A stretch of DNA of 64,000 bases from Eledone cirrhosa (GCA_964016885.1 CAXHJY010000035.1:1-64000); one strand, 5' to 3'; numbered from the stretch's first letter, positions 45,301-60,388 are shown. Translations and numbers: made by a program. Notes: a model not told the origin generated them from the sequence alone.

Positions 45301-48300
45301 AACCAACCATCCAACCAACCAACCAACCAACCAACAATCCAACCAACCAACCATCCAACCAACCAACCAACAATCCAACCAACCAACCACCAACCAACCA
45401 ACAATCCAACCAACCAACCAACCATCCAACCAACCAACCAACCAACCAACAATCCAACCAACCAACCAATCAACCATCCAACCAACCAACCATCCAACCA
45501 ACCAACCATCCAACCAACCATCCAACCAACCAACCATCCAACCAACCAACCAACCATCCAACCAACCAACCATCCAACCAACCAACCAACCATCCAACCA
45601 ACCAACCAACCAACCAACAATCCATCCAACCAACCAACCATCCAACCAACCAACCAACAATCCAACCAACCATCCAACCAACCAACCATCCAACCAACCA
45701 ACCAACCATCCAACCAAGCAACCATCCAACCAACCAACCAACCAACCAACCAATCAACCAACAATCCAACCAACCATCCAACCAACCATCCAACCAACCA
45801 ACCAACCAATCAACCATCCAACCAACCAACCAACCATCCAACCAACCCCTAACCATCCAACCAACCAACCAACAATCCAACCAACCAACCAACAATCCAA
45901 CCAACCAACCAACCAACTAACCATCCAACCAACCATCCAACCAACCATCCAACCAACCAACAATCCAACCAACCAACCATCCAACCAACCAACCACCCAA
46001 CCAACCAACCATCCAACCAAGCAAGCAAGCAACCAACCAACCAACCTACCATCCAACCAACCAACCAACCAACCATCCAACCAACCAACCAACCATCCAA
46101 CCAACCAACAACCAACCAACCAACCAACCAACCAACCAACCAACCAACCAACCAACCATCCAACCAACCAACCAACCAACCAACCAACCAACCAACCAAC
46201 CAACCAACCAACCAACCAATCCAACCAACCAACCACCAACCATCCAACCAACCAACCAACCAACCAACCATCCAACCAACCATCCAACCAACCAACCACC
46301 AACCAACCAACCACCAACCAACCAACCCAACCAACCAACCAACCAACCAACCATCCAACCAACCAACCACAAACCAACCAACCAACCAACCAACCAACCA
46401 ACCAACCAACCAACCCACCAACCATCCAACCACCATCCAACCAACCAACCAACCACCAAACCAACCAACCAACCAACCAACCAACCAACCAACCCAACCA
46501 ACCAAACCAACCATCCAACCAACCAACCATCCAACCAACCAACCAACCACCAACCAACATCCAACCACCATCCAACCAACCAACCAACCCATCCAACCAT
46601 CCAACCAACCAATCCAACCAACCAACCAACCATCCAACCATCCCAACCAACCATCCAACCAACAACCAACCATCCAACCAACCAACCAACCAATCCATCC
46701 AACCATCCAACCAACCAACCAACCAAACATCAACCATCCAACCAACCAACCAAACAACCAACCATCCAACCAACCAACCAACCAACCAACCATTCAACCA
46801 TCCAACCAACCAACCAAAATCACCAACCACCCAACCATCCAACCAACCAACCAACCAACACAACCAACCAACAATCCAACCAACCAACCATTCAACCATC
46901 CAACCAACCAACCAACCAACCAACCAACCAACAATCCAACCAACCATCCAACCATCCAACTCAACCATCCAACCAACCAACCATCCAACCAACCAACCAA
47001 CCAACCATCCAACCATCCAACCAACCAACCAACCAACATCAACCACATCCAACCAACCAACAACCAACCATTCAACCATCCAACCAACCAACCAAACAAC
47101 CAACCATCCAACCATCCAACCAACCAACCAAACAAACAACCATCCAACCAACCAACCAACCAAACATTCAACCATCCACCAACCAACCAACCATTACAAC
47201 CATCCAACCAACCAACCCACCAACCAACCATCCAACCATCCAACCAACCCAACCAACCAAACATCAACCATCCAACCAACCAACCAACCAACCATTCAAC
47301 CATCCAACCAACCAACCAGGCCAACCATCCAACATCACCAACCAACCAACCAGACAAACAATCCAACCATCCAACCAACCAACCAACCAACCATTCAACC
47401 ATCCAACCAACCAACCACAACAATCCAACCAACCAACCATTCAACCATCCAACCAACCATCCAACCAACCAACCAACCAACCATCCAACCAACCAACCAT
47501 CCAACCAACCAACCAAACAACCAACCATCCAACCAACCAACCAACCAACCAACCAACCAGCCATCCAACCAACCAACCAACCATCCAACCAACCAACCAA
47601 CCAACCAACCAACCAGCCATCCAACCAACCAACCAACCAACCAGCCATCCAACCAACCAACCAACCAACCAACCATCCAACCAACCAACCAAACAACCAA
47701 CCATCCAACCAACCAACCAACCAACCAACCAGCCATCCAACCAACCAACCAACCATCCAACAACCAACCAACCAACCAACCAACCAACCAACCAGCCATC
47801 CAACCAACCAACCAACCAACCAACCAGCCATCCAACCAACCAACCAACCAGCCATCCAACCAACCAACCAACCAACCAACCAGCCATCCAACCAACCAAC
47901 CAACCAACCAACCATCCAACCAACCAACCAAACAACCAACCATCCAACCAACCAACCAACCAACCAACCAACCAACCAGCCATCCAACCAACCAACCAAC
48001 CATCCAACCACCAACCAACCAACCAACCAACCAACCAACCAGCCATCCAACAACCAACCAACCAACCAACCAGCCATCCAACCAACCAACCAACCAACCA
48101 ACCAACCAACCAGCCATCCAACCAACCAACCAACCAACCAACCAACCATCCAACCAACAACCAACCAACAACCAACCAACCAGCCATCCAACCAACCAAC
48201 CAACCAACCAACCATCCAACCAACCAACCAACCAACCAACCAACCATCCAACCAACCAACCAACCAACCAACCAACCAACCACCATCCAACCAACCAACC

Positions 48301-48860
48301 AACCATCCAACCAACCAACCATCCAACCAACCAACCAACCAACCAACCAACCAACCAACCAACCAACCAACCAACCAGCCATCCAACCAACCAACCAACC
48401 AACCAACCAACCAACCAACCAACCAGCCATCCAACCAACCAACCAACCATCCAACCAACCAACCAACCAACCAACCAACCAACCAACCAGCCATCCAACC
48501 AACCAACCAACCATCCAACCAACCAACCAACCAACCAACCAACCAACCAGCCATCCAACCAACACCAACCAACCAACCAGCCATCCAACCAGCCACCAAC
48601 CAACCAACACCAACCAACCAACCACCAACCAACCAACCAACCAACCAACCAGCCATCCAACCAACCAACCAACCAACCAACCAGCCATCCAACCAGCCAT
48701 CCAACCAACCAACCAACCCAACCAACCACCAACCATCCAACCAACCAACCAACCAACAACCAGCCATCCAACCAACCAACCAGCCATCCAACCAACCAAC
48801 CAACCAACCAACCAACCATCCAACCAACCAACCATCCAACCAACCAACCAACCAACCAGC
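39360..48860. repeat. ~9.5-kb (CCAA/CCAT)n tetranucleotide satellite
   Basis: Direct reading; all GWLV/PTNQ ORFs are translations of it. Confidence 0.98.
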
Positions 48861-48892
48861 CGAGCAACCATTTTTATTCTACACAGAAATGG

Positions 48893-48975
48893 CTTCTACA
48901 GGACTAGAACTGTTTCATTCGTATGAAACTATCAGGACTTTCCTTGTGAATTCATACGAATGAAAACTTTCTAGT
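48893..48975 (-). mobile_element. Degenerate family E fragment with damaged hammerhead core
   Basis: Reverse complement reads cctgatag-tttc atac gaat-GAAACAGttctagtcCTGTA-gaag. Confidence 0.6.
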
Positions 48976-48989
48976 CAAGTAGAATAAAC

Positions 48990-49078
<89 letters not shown>

Positions 49079-49154
49079 CGCAAGTTTATGTATGTATTCC
49101 TCTCTCTGCCTATCTCTCTCTCTCTTTCTGTCACTCTCACTCTCTCTCTCTCTT

Positions 49155-49185
<31 letters not shown>

Positions 49186-49819
49186 TATGCATGTATGTAC
49201 AAGTATATATATATACATATATATATATATACATACATGCGTACATATATACGTATTCATAGATACTTAGATGAATGCATGCATACACACACATACATAC
49301 ATTCACACATACATGCATACATGCATACATGCATACATACATACATGCATACATGCATACACACACATACACATACATAAACACACATACATACACACAC
49401 ACATACACACACATACACACACACATACATACATGCATACACAAAGACATACATACATACAAGCACACGCACACACACAGACCTTATATATAAACTTAGA
49501 AGCACGGGTGTTTGTTATGGAAGGCATGCACTGGCCCCTATCCGCTTGGCTGCTTACACGATAGGTGGGTGGGAACCGTCCCTTTTCCACCACAACCCCA
49601 CCCATCTACTCACTTACCCCTTACCTCCCATAGCCAGCCATATCCTATACTACACTAACCCCTTTTTCTATCTTATTCTACCCTCCCTATTCACTCTGCT
49701 TGTTTCTTCGTATAAAAGAAAAAAGCTCGACGCCCTTCACTGCAATTATACCTACCCGGCCGTGTCCTTTGGAGTGGTAGTTGACCTACCCTGGAATTAA
49801 AGAATAGTACGTCCTTTGT

Positions 49820-50225
49820 GATAGCGAGTGACCTAGTAGTTAAGGTGTTGGACTTACAATGGCTATGTTGTGAGTTCGGTTCGTGAGCCAGGTGGCGCGT
49901 TGTATTCTTGAGCACATTGCTCCAGTATACACAGCTGAAAGTAAAACCATTAACCAACTTAGTCGTAGATTCGATGGCGTGTTTTGTTCTTGAGCAAGAC
50001 ACTTCATTTCACATTGCTCCAGTATACACAGCTGAAAGTAAAACCATTAACCAACTTAGTCATGGATTCGATGGCGTGTGTTGTTCTTGAGCAAGACACT
50101 TCTTTTCACATTGCTCCAGTATACACAGCTGAAAGTAAAACCATTAACCAACTTAGTCGATATGTTCTTGAGCAAAGCATTTCATTTCACGTCGCTCTAG
50201 TTTACTCAGTTGATACTGAGTACCG
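49820..50225 (+). mobile_element. tRNA-headed CORE-SINE with an internal 97-bp tandem triplication
   Basis: A-box-like tgacctagtagttaagg; cttgagcaagacactt CORE motif; cacattgctccag at 49913, 50010 and 50107. Confidence 0.6.
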
Positions 50226-50289
50226 CTTCAGCATTCAACATTAGGTAATCAGAAGAAGGGAGGGGGCCGTAAAAGTTAAACTGGTTATC

Positions 50290-50420
50290 TTCAATTCGGT
50301 ATTTGTGTCAACCCCTTACCTATGGTCATGTATCTTGGGTATTGTCCGAAAGAATACGATCGTGAATACAAGCGGCCGAAATGGGGTTCCTCTGAGGATC
50401 TCTAGAGTAACGTTACTTTA
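50290..50420 (+). mobile_element. Degenerate RTE (Expander-like) LINE fragment
   Basis: Frameshifted LTYGH...IQAAEMGFL motifs typical of the RTE ORF C-terminus. Confidence 0.55.
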
Positions 50421-50469
50421 TAAAGTGTGTGTGCGTATGTATATATATATGTATATGTATATATATGTG

Positions 50470-50502
<33 letters not shown>

Positions 50503-50514
50503 ATATATATCATC

Positions 50515-50925
50515 TATCATCTAAGGCGGGGAAAATTCCCGAGATTCATGAACGAGTTCTCTCCAGCGGTCTTTGTCCCTCATTATCGCTACCATGTCCT
50601 GCGTCTCCAACAGACCAGTGTCTGTCCTTAGGGTATCAACATACGTTAACCTTGGTCTTCCTCTTCCAGTGTGTCCACGTAGGGGCTCCCACAGGAGCAC
50701 TGAGTGCAATGTCAACTCTGGATGTCGGTGAGCATGTCCAGCTAACCTCAGTCTCCTCTGTGTCACTTTCGAGCTGACTTTTGGGATGCTCCCATACAGC
50801 TCTGAGTTTTTCATCCTTAGTGTATACTGATTAATGTTCAGAACCATCCTCAGCATTCTCGTGTAGCACCCATCCACCATCTGAGTGAGTTTCTTGGTCA
50901 GTGTCCAAGTCTCAGACCCGTACAT
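50515..50925 (-). mobile_element. 5'-truncated RTE-like LINE 3' end
   Basis: YGSETWTLTK...RMLR...RRLRLAGH..RH...LLWEP..GRGRP..TYVDTL...DRWR. Confidence 0.85.
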
Positions 50926-51008
50926 AATTATATATCAAAATTAATTGAGAAAAACTCTAATTATGGTAATTCAAACAAGATAGACCAAAAAGTATTCTAT
51001 CTAACCTG

Positions 51009-51720
<712 letters not shown>

Positions 51721-51729
51721 GAGATATAT

Positions 51730-51778
<49 letters not shown>

Positions 51779-51982
51779 GTATATATATATATGTGTGTGT
51801 GTTTATGTATGTATGTATATATAAATATATATGTATGTGTGTGTGTTTATGTATGTATGTATATATAAATATATATATGTAAATATGATAATAATGGAGC
51901 GGCGGCGTTGCAAATGGGTTACATATGAAAAAGTTTGTCCTTCATCAGTGGTCTTACAACCGTCATAGGCATTTCATCGCTT

Positions 51983-52015
<33 letters not shown>

Positions 52016-52268
52016 ATGTGTGTGTGTGTGGAGTGTGTGTGCGTGAGTGTCTGTGTTTATGTATGTGTACACATATTTCGTTAGGTCTTTCGCACTTCCA
52101 AATATAATATAAAACGCAGTAAGGTTAACATTTGTATTAACCAGTCCTCCACTTGTGAGCTACGTTGTTTGTCCTCGTTTCAACATGAGATAAGAGTTTC
52201 ACGTTTCACCAGAATCAAAACATTTCGTTTCTAACAAACCTTAGTCTTGTTTGTTAGAGTTTTATTGC

Positions 52269-53641
52269 GTCTTGTCACTACATTACTGAGCACTGCTCTG
52301 TGTTCCTTCGCCATGTGCAGTGTTGTTTTTGGTGAGTGTCTTGTCACTACATTACTGAGCACTGCTCTGTGTTCCTTCGCCATGTGCAGTGTTGTTTTTG
52401 GTGAGTGTCTTGTCACTACATTACTGAGCATTGCTCTGTGTTCCTTCGCCATGTGCAGTGTTGTTTTTGGTGAGTGTCTTGTCACTACATTACTGAGCAC
52501 TGCTCTGTGTTCCTTCGCCATGTGCAGTGTTGTTTTTGGTGAGTGTCTTGTCACTACATTACTGAGCACTGCTCTGTGTTCCTTCGCCATGTGCAGTGTT
52601 GTTTTTGGTGAGTGTCTTGTCATTACATTACTGAGCACTGCTCTGTGTTCCTTCGCCATGTGCAGTGTTGTTTTTGGTGAGTGTCTTGTCACTACATTAC
52701 TGAGCACTGCTCTGTGTTCCTTCGCCATGTGCAGTGTTGTTTTTGGTGAGTGTCTTGTCACTACATTACTGAGCACTGCTCTGTGTTCCTTCGCCATGTG
52801 CAGTGTTGTTTTTGGTGAGTGTCTTGTCATTACATTACTGAGCACTGCTCTGTGTTCCTTCGCCATGTGCAGTGTTGTTTTTGGTGAGTGTCTTGTCACT
52901 ACATTACTGAGCACTGCTCTGTGTTCCTTCGCCATGTGCAGTGTTGTTTTTGGTGAGTGTCTTGTCACTACATTACTGAGCACTGCTCTGTGTTCCTTCG
53001 CCATGTGCAGTGTTGTTTTTGGTGAGTGTCTTGTCACTACATTACTGAGCACTGCTCTGTGTTCCTTCGCCATGTGCAGTGTTGTTTTTGGTGAGTGTCT
53101 TGTCACTACATTACTGAGCATTGCTCTGTGTTCCTTCGCCATGTGCAGTGTTGTTTTTGGTGAGTGTCTTGTCACTACATTACTGAGCACTGCTCTGTGT
53201 TCCTTCGCCATGTGCAGTGTTGTTTTTGGTGAGTGTCTTGTCACTACATTACTGAGCACTGCTCTGTGTTCCTTCGCCATGTGCAGTGTTGTTTTTGGTG
53301 AGTGTCTTGTCACTACATTACTGAGCACTGCTCTGTGTTCCTTCACCATGTGCAGTGTTGTTTTTGGTGAGTGTCTTGTCACTACATTACTGAGCACTGC
53401 TCTGTGTTCCTTCGCCATGTGCAGTGTTGTTTTTGGTGAGTGTCTTGTCACTACATTACTGAGCACTGCTCTGTGTTCCTTCGTCATGTGCAGTGTTGTT
53501 TTTGGTGAGTGTCTTGTCACTACATTACTGAGCACTGCTCTGTGTTCCTTCGCCATGTGCAGTGTTGTTTTTGGTGAGTGTCTTGTCACTACATTACTGA
53601 GCACTGCTCTGTGTTCCTTCGCCATGTGCAGTGTTGTTTTT
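52269..53641. repeat. 69-bp minisatellite, ~20 highly similar copies
   Basis: Unit gtcttgtcactacattactgagcactgctctgtgttccttcgccatgtgcagtgttgtttttggtgagt. Confidence 0.97.
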
Positions 53642-53674
53642 TAGGTGTTGTTGCTTTCTTTTTTATTGTATATA

Positions 53675-54049
53675 TGACTGGCTGTAGAGTGTTGAACATG
53701 CTTTGCGGCATGGAGATACGGCCCTTTACGTTCTGAGTTCAAATCCCGCCGAGGTTAACTTTAACTTGCCTTTCATCGTTACGGGGTCGATAAAATAAAC
53801 TACCAGTAATGCACTGGGTCGATTTAATGGACTCCCCTCCCCCCTCCGTTCATATTGTTGGCCTTGTGCCTATAGTAGAAATCATTATTGTTAATATTAT
53901 GAAGGCGGTGGATTGGCAGTATCGGTAGAGCATCGGACAACATGCTCCGCGGCACTGAGTTACAGCCCCTTACGTTATGAGTTCAAATCCCGTCGAGGTT
54001 AACTTTGTCTTTCATCTTTACGTGGTCGATAAAAAAATATCAGTCACGC

Positions 54050-54050
<1 letters not shown>
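53675..54050 (+). mobile_element. Two tandem Nin/Deu-domain SINEs
   Basis: Same head, core and tail as the other arrays. Confidence 0.75.
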
Positions 54051-54103
<53 letters not shown>

Positions 54104-54106
<3 letters not shown>

Positions 54107-54490
54107 AAGTTATATTTAAATTGTTGGGTTACAACGAGTAAATATTTATAACTGATATAAAAGCACTCGACAAATATTTGGAGTATATTTACAATATTAA
54201 ATAAATGGAAACTATATTTATAAAACCATATCTATTTCATTATATATATTTCGGGGATATCATATTAACAATATGCTATGCCTTCCTCAGACAAAATACA
54301 CTGCCAGCGTAAACCTCTTCAAATGGAAGTCGGTGTTATAACGGTATGTCGAATCTATTTATCTATAGAACTGTTTATATTGTATTTTGTCTGAGGAAGG
54401 CATAGCATATTGTTAATATGATATCCCCGAAATATATATAATGAAATAGATATGGTTTTATAAATATAGTTTCCATTTATTTAATATTGT
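54104..54490. mobile_element. Family C fold-back element; hammerheads at 54385-54446 (+) and 54235-54296 (-), N7=G
   Basis: ttttgt-CTGAGGA-agg c atagcatatt gtt aatatgatat c ccc-GAAA-T-ATAT-ATA-atgaaa. Confidence 0.78.
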
Positions 54491-54846
54491 ATATATATAT
54501 ATATATATATATAGGAACAAGTAAAACCCCGACGGCTGAGCTCAAGCCGTTTCGACGGCTAATTTTGAGTCCAGAATTAGCCGTCGAAACGGCTTGAGCT
54601 CAGCCGTCGGGGTCTTACTTGTTCCTATTACCCACTCTACTACCCTTAGTATTGAGTACTTTGGTGCGTTATGGTACACCTGGTTCCTTACCACATTTCC
54701 TTCCTTATATATATATATATATAGAATATATTCGATATTTACTCCGTCACTCCTATGTGGAATAAGTACGTTGAGTGCTTGAACTGAATTGCATCAATAT
54801 TTACCATAGGTATATATATATATATATATATATATAATAAATTGTC

Positions 54847-54920
54847 TTGTCCGACGAACGAGTGAGGACGTTTTTCGTATTCGTCTTATTCGGGAAACCT
54901 CTGGTAATGAGGTAATTATA
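54847..54920 (+). ncRNA. Hammerhead-like motif, family J (U4C, weak stem I)
   Basis: gt-CCGACGA-acgagtgaggacg...cgtcttattcgg-GAAACCTC tggtaat GAGGTA-at. Confidence 0.5.
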
Positions 54921-55223
54921 TTGTATTGTTTATTATACATTAAATTTTGCTCTGGTACTTACATAGAGCACTCTTCACTCCTATGACTTTAAATATATAT
55001 ATATATAAATTAGCGAGAATCGCATTCCGGCTATAGGAATTTAGCGAAAAACAACTTCCGAGATGTGTAGCAAGCGCTCCATAGAAACGAGTGAACTAGA
55101 GCAACGACATACGTTAAAAGGCCAAACACACTGAGACCATGGTTAAACCATTAACCGCAAAGCCATATAAGCGACCAAGCTATTCGGCTCAAACAAATAA
55201 TAAAATATGATTGAAAATTATGA

Positions 55224-55269
<46 letters not shown>

Positions 55270-55464
55270 TAAACGGAATAGAAAATGCTGACAAATTGTT
55301 CACAGTGAAAAATAATTTAATTAGGAATAAGTGAGAATTAGTAATAGTATTGGTTAGTATTCAGTTTTGGTTTTTAGTTTTACCGGTTGCGATTTCTAAT
55401 GCTTTTCAAAGATAATTTTGAGATAGAGCGTCCGTGATCAAAGCTATGTTCAAATCATTTTATT

Positions 55465-55505
55465 GCTGACAATCGTTTCTTCCAAACTTTTGTTTGGAAT
55501 CATCG
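55465..55505 (-). ncRNA. 5'-truncated hammerhead motif
   Basis: Reverse complement reads cGATGA-ttccaaac aaaa gtttggaa-GAAA-C-GATT-GTC-agcaataaaa. Confidence 0.65.
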
Positions 55506-55768
55506 TTTGGAATCATCTTTGGTTTGCTTTTATCCTTCTATGTTGTTTACTTGTCTCACTCGCTTTACGCGATTTACTGGTCCCAATAACTTTTTTTAGT
55601 TATTGCTCGCACCAACCTGAGGTATCTGATTTTTAATGCGATGAAATAGCAATGATGGTTGGAAAATCACTGACGAAGGACTATTTTTATCATATGTAAC
55701 CTATGTGCAACCACGCAGTATTCTTCTTTCTTCTCATGTTTTTTATATATACACATATATATATATAT

Positions 55769-56011
55769 GTAGGAGGTGAGTTTTATTGTAGTACAATAAA
55801 GCAATGCAGATATCGGATAAGAAGCACTCTACAGTTTGTAGGACTGGAGTATACATAATATATAAGATCAAAAGATGGTTAAAGGAGTTCCATGTATTTT
55901 ATTATGCGCATAATAAAACACATGAAAACACAAATATTATTGCATGATGATGTTTGTTTTTGAAATGCGCATAATAAAATACATGGAACTCCTTTAACCA
56001 TCTTTTGATCT

Positions 56012-56018
<7 letters not shown>
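55769..56018. mobile_element. Family A element with a double fold-back
   Basis: ttttattatgcgcataataaaa palindrome at 55897-55918, then the right arm restarts at atgaaaacac. Confidence 0.75.
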
Positions 56019-56057
<39 letters not shown>

Positions 56058-57454
56058 ATAGTTAAAGCTTAGACGGGAACAAAAACAGACGCAGTACAAA
56101 TAAGAGTTTATTAGGTTCACGCTTTTGAGAGTGGGGCGTTATGTGTGAGTGTGTGTGTGTGTGTGCGCGCGTGTGCGTGTGTGTGCGCGTGTGCGAGTGT
56201 GTGTGCGTCTGAGCGTGTGTGCGTGCGTGTGTGTGTGTGTGCGTGCGCGCGTGTGTATGTGTGCGTCTGTGTGTATGTGTGTGTGTGTGCGCGCGTGTGT
56301 GTGTTGTTTACAAGGACATTCTCTCACCTAGACCAAAGAAGCCGTAGAACTTGGCCGGAATGTTGCTATGGAAATGAGTCTTGGAGAAAACTCGTCCGTG
56401 AAACACGACACCATCTTTCAATATTACCACATCTCCTTTCTTTCTTTCTTCCTTTCTTTCTTTCTTTCTTTCTTTCTTTTCTTCTTCTTTTCCTTCTTTT
56501 TTTCCTTCTTTTTTCCTTCTTTTCTTTCTTTTTTTCTTATTTTTCTTCTTTTTCTTTTTCTTTTTCTTTTTCTTTTTCTTTTTCTTTTTCTTTTTCTTCT
56601 TCTGCTTCTTCTTTTCCTTCTTCTTCTTCTTCCTTTCCTTCATCTTCGTCTCCTCCTCATCCCCCTCTCCCTCCTCATCCCCTCCTTTTTCATCTTCACC
56701 TCCTCCTCCACCTACACCTCCACCTTCCCCTCCATCCCCTCTCCTCCTTCTTCTCATCATCATCATCAACATCACCTTGTCCCCCCTCCACATTCCCCTC
56801 CATCTCCTCTCCTTCTTCTCATCATCATCACCAACATCACCTTGTACCCCCCCCCCCCTCTCTCCCTCCTCCACCTTCCCCTCCATCTCCTCTCCTTCTT
56901 CTCATCATCATCATCAACATCACCTTGTCCCCCTCCCCCTCCCCCTCCGCCATCCCCCTCCCCCTCTCCCCACCCTCCATCTAGGTATCAACTGGATCAC
57001 CATGACACTTCAGGTTTAACAGAAATGTTTCCCCGCCTAACAATTATATTATATTTCATGGATATATTTTACACAACAAATGGAGACTTCCGTTATTCTT
57101 GGAGACTCTCCCGGCCTTCTCAGCACTCCCCGGGCCACGGGCCACTTACGTACTCACTGCTATGTGGGCAGAGTTTGGCCACTATACAGCGGAGCGAGCC
57201 CACGTCCACTATCCCACCATCATGATGTGGTCGATTAGCTTCTTGTCAAACCTGTGGCAGTTGAGACTCCCAGAGTTCTTGACCGCCCCGGGCCACTTAC
57301 GTACTCATTGCTATGTGGGCAGAGTTTGGCTACTACACACAGGAACGAGCCCTCGCCGGCACCATCATGATGTGGTTGGTTAGCTTCTTGATTAGCAGGT
57401 GAGACTCCCAGAGTTCTTATTATATATTTTATATTTTACTATATTTATATATAA

Positions 57455-58603
57455 CTAGCTGACGTACCCAGCTTCGCCCGGGTAAACAGATGATAAGAGA
57501 AGACAGGTAAAAGAGAAAATGGCTGTATTGGATGTTTGTCTGGTTACAGTATGAGGCGAGTCCGTGGTGTCTGTTTGATACAAAAAACAGTAAAAAAAAA
57601 TCTTCCAGATATACCAGATTCTTCGTTGTAGTGTTTGTGCATAGTATATGAACAATTCTAGGGGCTCCCACCTAGAAAAGTGACTTCTAGGAGATGGTTC
57701 ATCTTCTGCCTGACTGTAAAACGTGTATCATTGCATAGACGTGGTTGTTCCATGTTTCTCAAAAGGATGATGGAAGTTCCAATCTTTTATATTATATGTA
57801 GATATAGATATAGATAATTAATATAAAAGATGATGCTCAGCCAGTTCGTCTTCAACCAACGCAGCACGCCGTCGTTGCTTGGCTCCAGTGTTTCGTTGGC
57901 GTTGTTCAGTCAGCTCCTCTTCAATCCTGGCTGCACGCCGTCACCGCTGTAGTTCACTGTTTGATAAAGTCGAATTGCTTTTATTATCAGTATTCATTTC
58001 GAGCAATTGTCAAAAAATGACACAATAATAAATATAAAAGATGTCCGTCAATGTAAAAAAAGGTCCCTATTTACTCCCTTCACAACTCTGTGAATGTTAG
58101 ACTGACAGACAGGCACACAGACAGAGAAACTGCGTGGTGATTGTGGAACGCCGCACGTACACACACATACACGCATGGAAACGCGCACACGCACGCAAAT
58201 TTACACACGCACCCGTGCACTTACACACACGCACACACTCACACATGTTGATAGTTTTTACTTTCTGTGGAACGCTGCACGCACGCACACACACACATAA
58301 ACATACGCCCACGTACATACACACGCACACATGTTAATAGTTATTGCTTTCCTTCCCATCTTATTCCCACACGCATCACACACACATGTCTCTACACCGA
58401 CACATATACATAGTGTATCCAACACAGCGTTCACTTTGCCTCTCTGTTTCGTACTCTCCCCTCTCACTCCCTCATTGGCATTATGCATATTAATTTAAGT
58501 TTAGCGTCGTTGAGGTGGGCGGAGTCGTTTGAAACCTATGAACCAATGATAATCGAGAATTATGACACACGGAATACTGACATTGTTGAAATTAATATAT
58601 AGA
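57455..58603 (-). mobile_element. Non-autonomous Helitron, possibly composite
   Basis: Reverse complement has 5' A|TCTATATATT and 3' cccgggcgaagctggg hairpin then CTAG|T; a second TC-like start lies near 57802. Confidence 0.65.
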
Positions 58604-58903
58604 TAAATAATATACTATATACTTTGTATAAATAAATATTATATATTTTATATTTTACTATATTTATATATAATATGTATCATTTGATATTTAATATAGT
58701 ATTATATCATCTCTACCGTCTCCCAGCGCCCCCTTGGACCTTCCCAATGCCCCCAGGGGGCGGTACTGTCCACTTTGAGGGCCTCTGATGTAGAGGGACG
58801 AAACCTTTACATTTTATTCTCCTCGTTACAATCTTCCCAACTCTTTATTGGCTGATATTTCCCCTCGACACACAGACAGATCATCTCCAGTCATCAGGGA
58901 TAG

Positions 58904-59515
58904 TGGATCATTCCTCGATTCCGGATCATTCCTCTATTCCGGATCATTCCTCTATTCCGGATCATTCCTCTATTCCGGATCATGCTCTATCCTGGATCAT
59001 TCCTCTATTCCGGACCATTCCTCTATTCCGGATCATGCTCTATTCCGGATCATTCCTCTATTCCGGATCATTCCTCTATTCCGGATCATGCTCTATTCCG
59101 GATCATTCCTCTATTCCGGATCATGCTCTATTCCGGATCATTCCTCTATTCCGGATCATGCTCTATTCCGGATCATTCCTCTATTCCGGATCATGCTCTA
59201 TTCCGGATCATTCCTCTATTCCGGATCATGCTCTATTCCGGATCATTCCTCTATTCCGGATCATGCTCTATTCCGGATCATTCCTCTATTCCGGATCATG
59301 CTCTATTCCGGATCATTCCTCTATTCCGGATCATGCTCTATTCCGGATCATTCCTCTATTCTGGATCATTCCTCTATTCCGGATCATTCCTCTATTCCGG
59401 ATCATTCCTCTATTCCGGATCATGCTCTATTCCGGATCATGCTCTATTCCGGATCATTCCTCTATTCCGGATCATTCCTCTATTCCGGACCATTCCTCTA
59501 TTCCGGATCATGCTC
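58904..59515. repeat. 17/18-bp two-variant minisatellite
   Basis: Units ggatcattcctctattcc (18) and ggatcatgctctattcc (17). Confidence 0.95.
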
Positions 59516-59532
59516 TACTTCAATTTTACATT

Positions 59533-60233
59533 CTAGGATGAAAGGCAAAGCTAGCCTCGGCGGGTTTTTGAACTCAGAGCGTAAAGGGCCATGACTCTAT
59601 GCTGCAAAGCATGCATGGCATCGGATCCTCCACCGTTGCAGCTAATCCATCGCCCCCATATGATAATTGTTTCTACTTTTGGCACAAGGCCAGCAATTAC
59701 CCCAGTCCATTACTGGTACTTTATTTTATCGACCCCCGTAAGGATGAAAGCTAAATCTACCTTGGCGGGATTTGAACTCAGAACGTAAAGGGCCGTGACT
59801 CCATGTCGCTAAGGATGTTGTCCGACCCTCCACCGATACAGCCAATCCACCGCCATATAATAATGGTTTCTTATATAGGCACAAGGCCAGCAATTTTTTT
59901 TTTTGCGGGGGGGGGGGGGGGTAAGTCGATTAAATCGACCCCAGTGCATGACTGGTACTTTATTTTATCGACCCTGTAAGGATGAAAGGCAAAGTTAACC
60001 TCGGCGGGAATTTGAACTCAGACCATAAAGGGCTGTAGCGCTATGCTGCAAAGCATGGCGTCCGACCCTCTACCGATACTGCCAATCCATCGTCCCCATA
60101 TAATAATTGTTTCTACTTTTGGGACAAGGCCAGCAATTTACACCAGTACATTACTGGTACTTTATTTTATCAACTCCGTAAGGATGAAACGCAAAGTTAA
60201 CCTCGACGGGATTTGAACTCAGACCTTAAAGGG

Positions 60234-60235
<2 letters not shown>
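59533..60235 (-). mobile_element. Tandem array of ~4 Nin/Deu-domain SINEs
   Basis: Same repeated unit as 17895-19247. Confidence 0.78.
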
Positions 60236-60292
<57 letters not shown>

Positions 60293-60294
60293 GA

Positions 60295-60388
<94 letters not shown>

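Noticed and set aside
52269-53641. CRISPR-like array
   Set aside because: The whole 69-bp unit repeats with no unique spacers, and the context is eukaryotic
58904-59515. CRISPR array or coding repeat (YSGSFL/IPDHSS ORFs)
   Set aside because: Two-variant 17/18-bp minisatellite without spacers; the reading frame shifts between units
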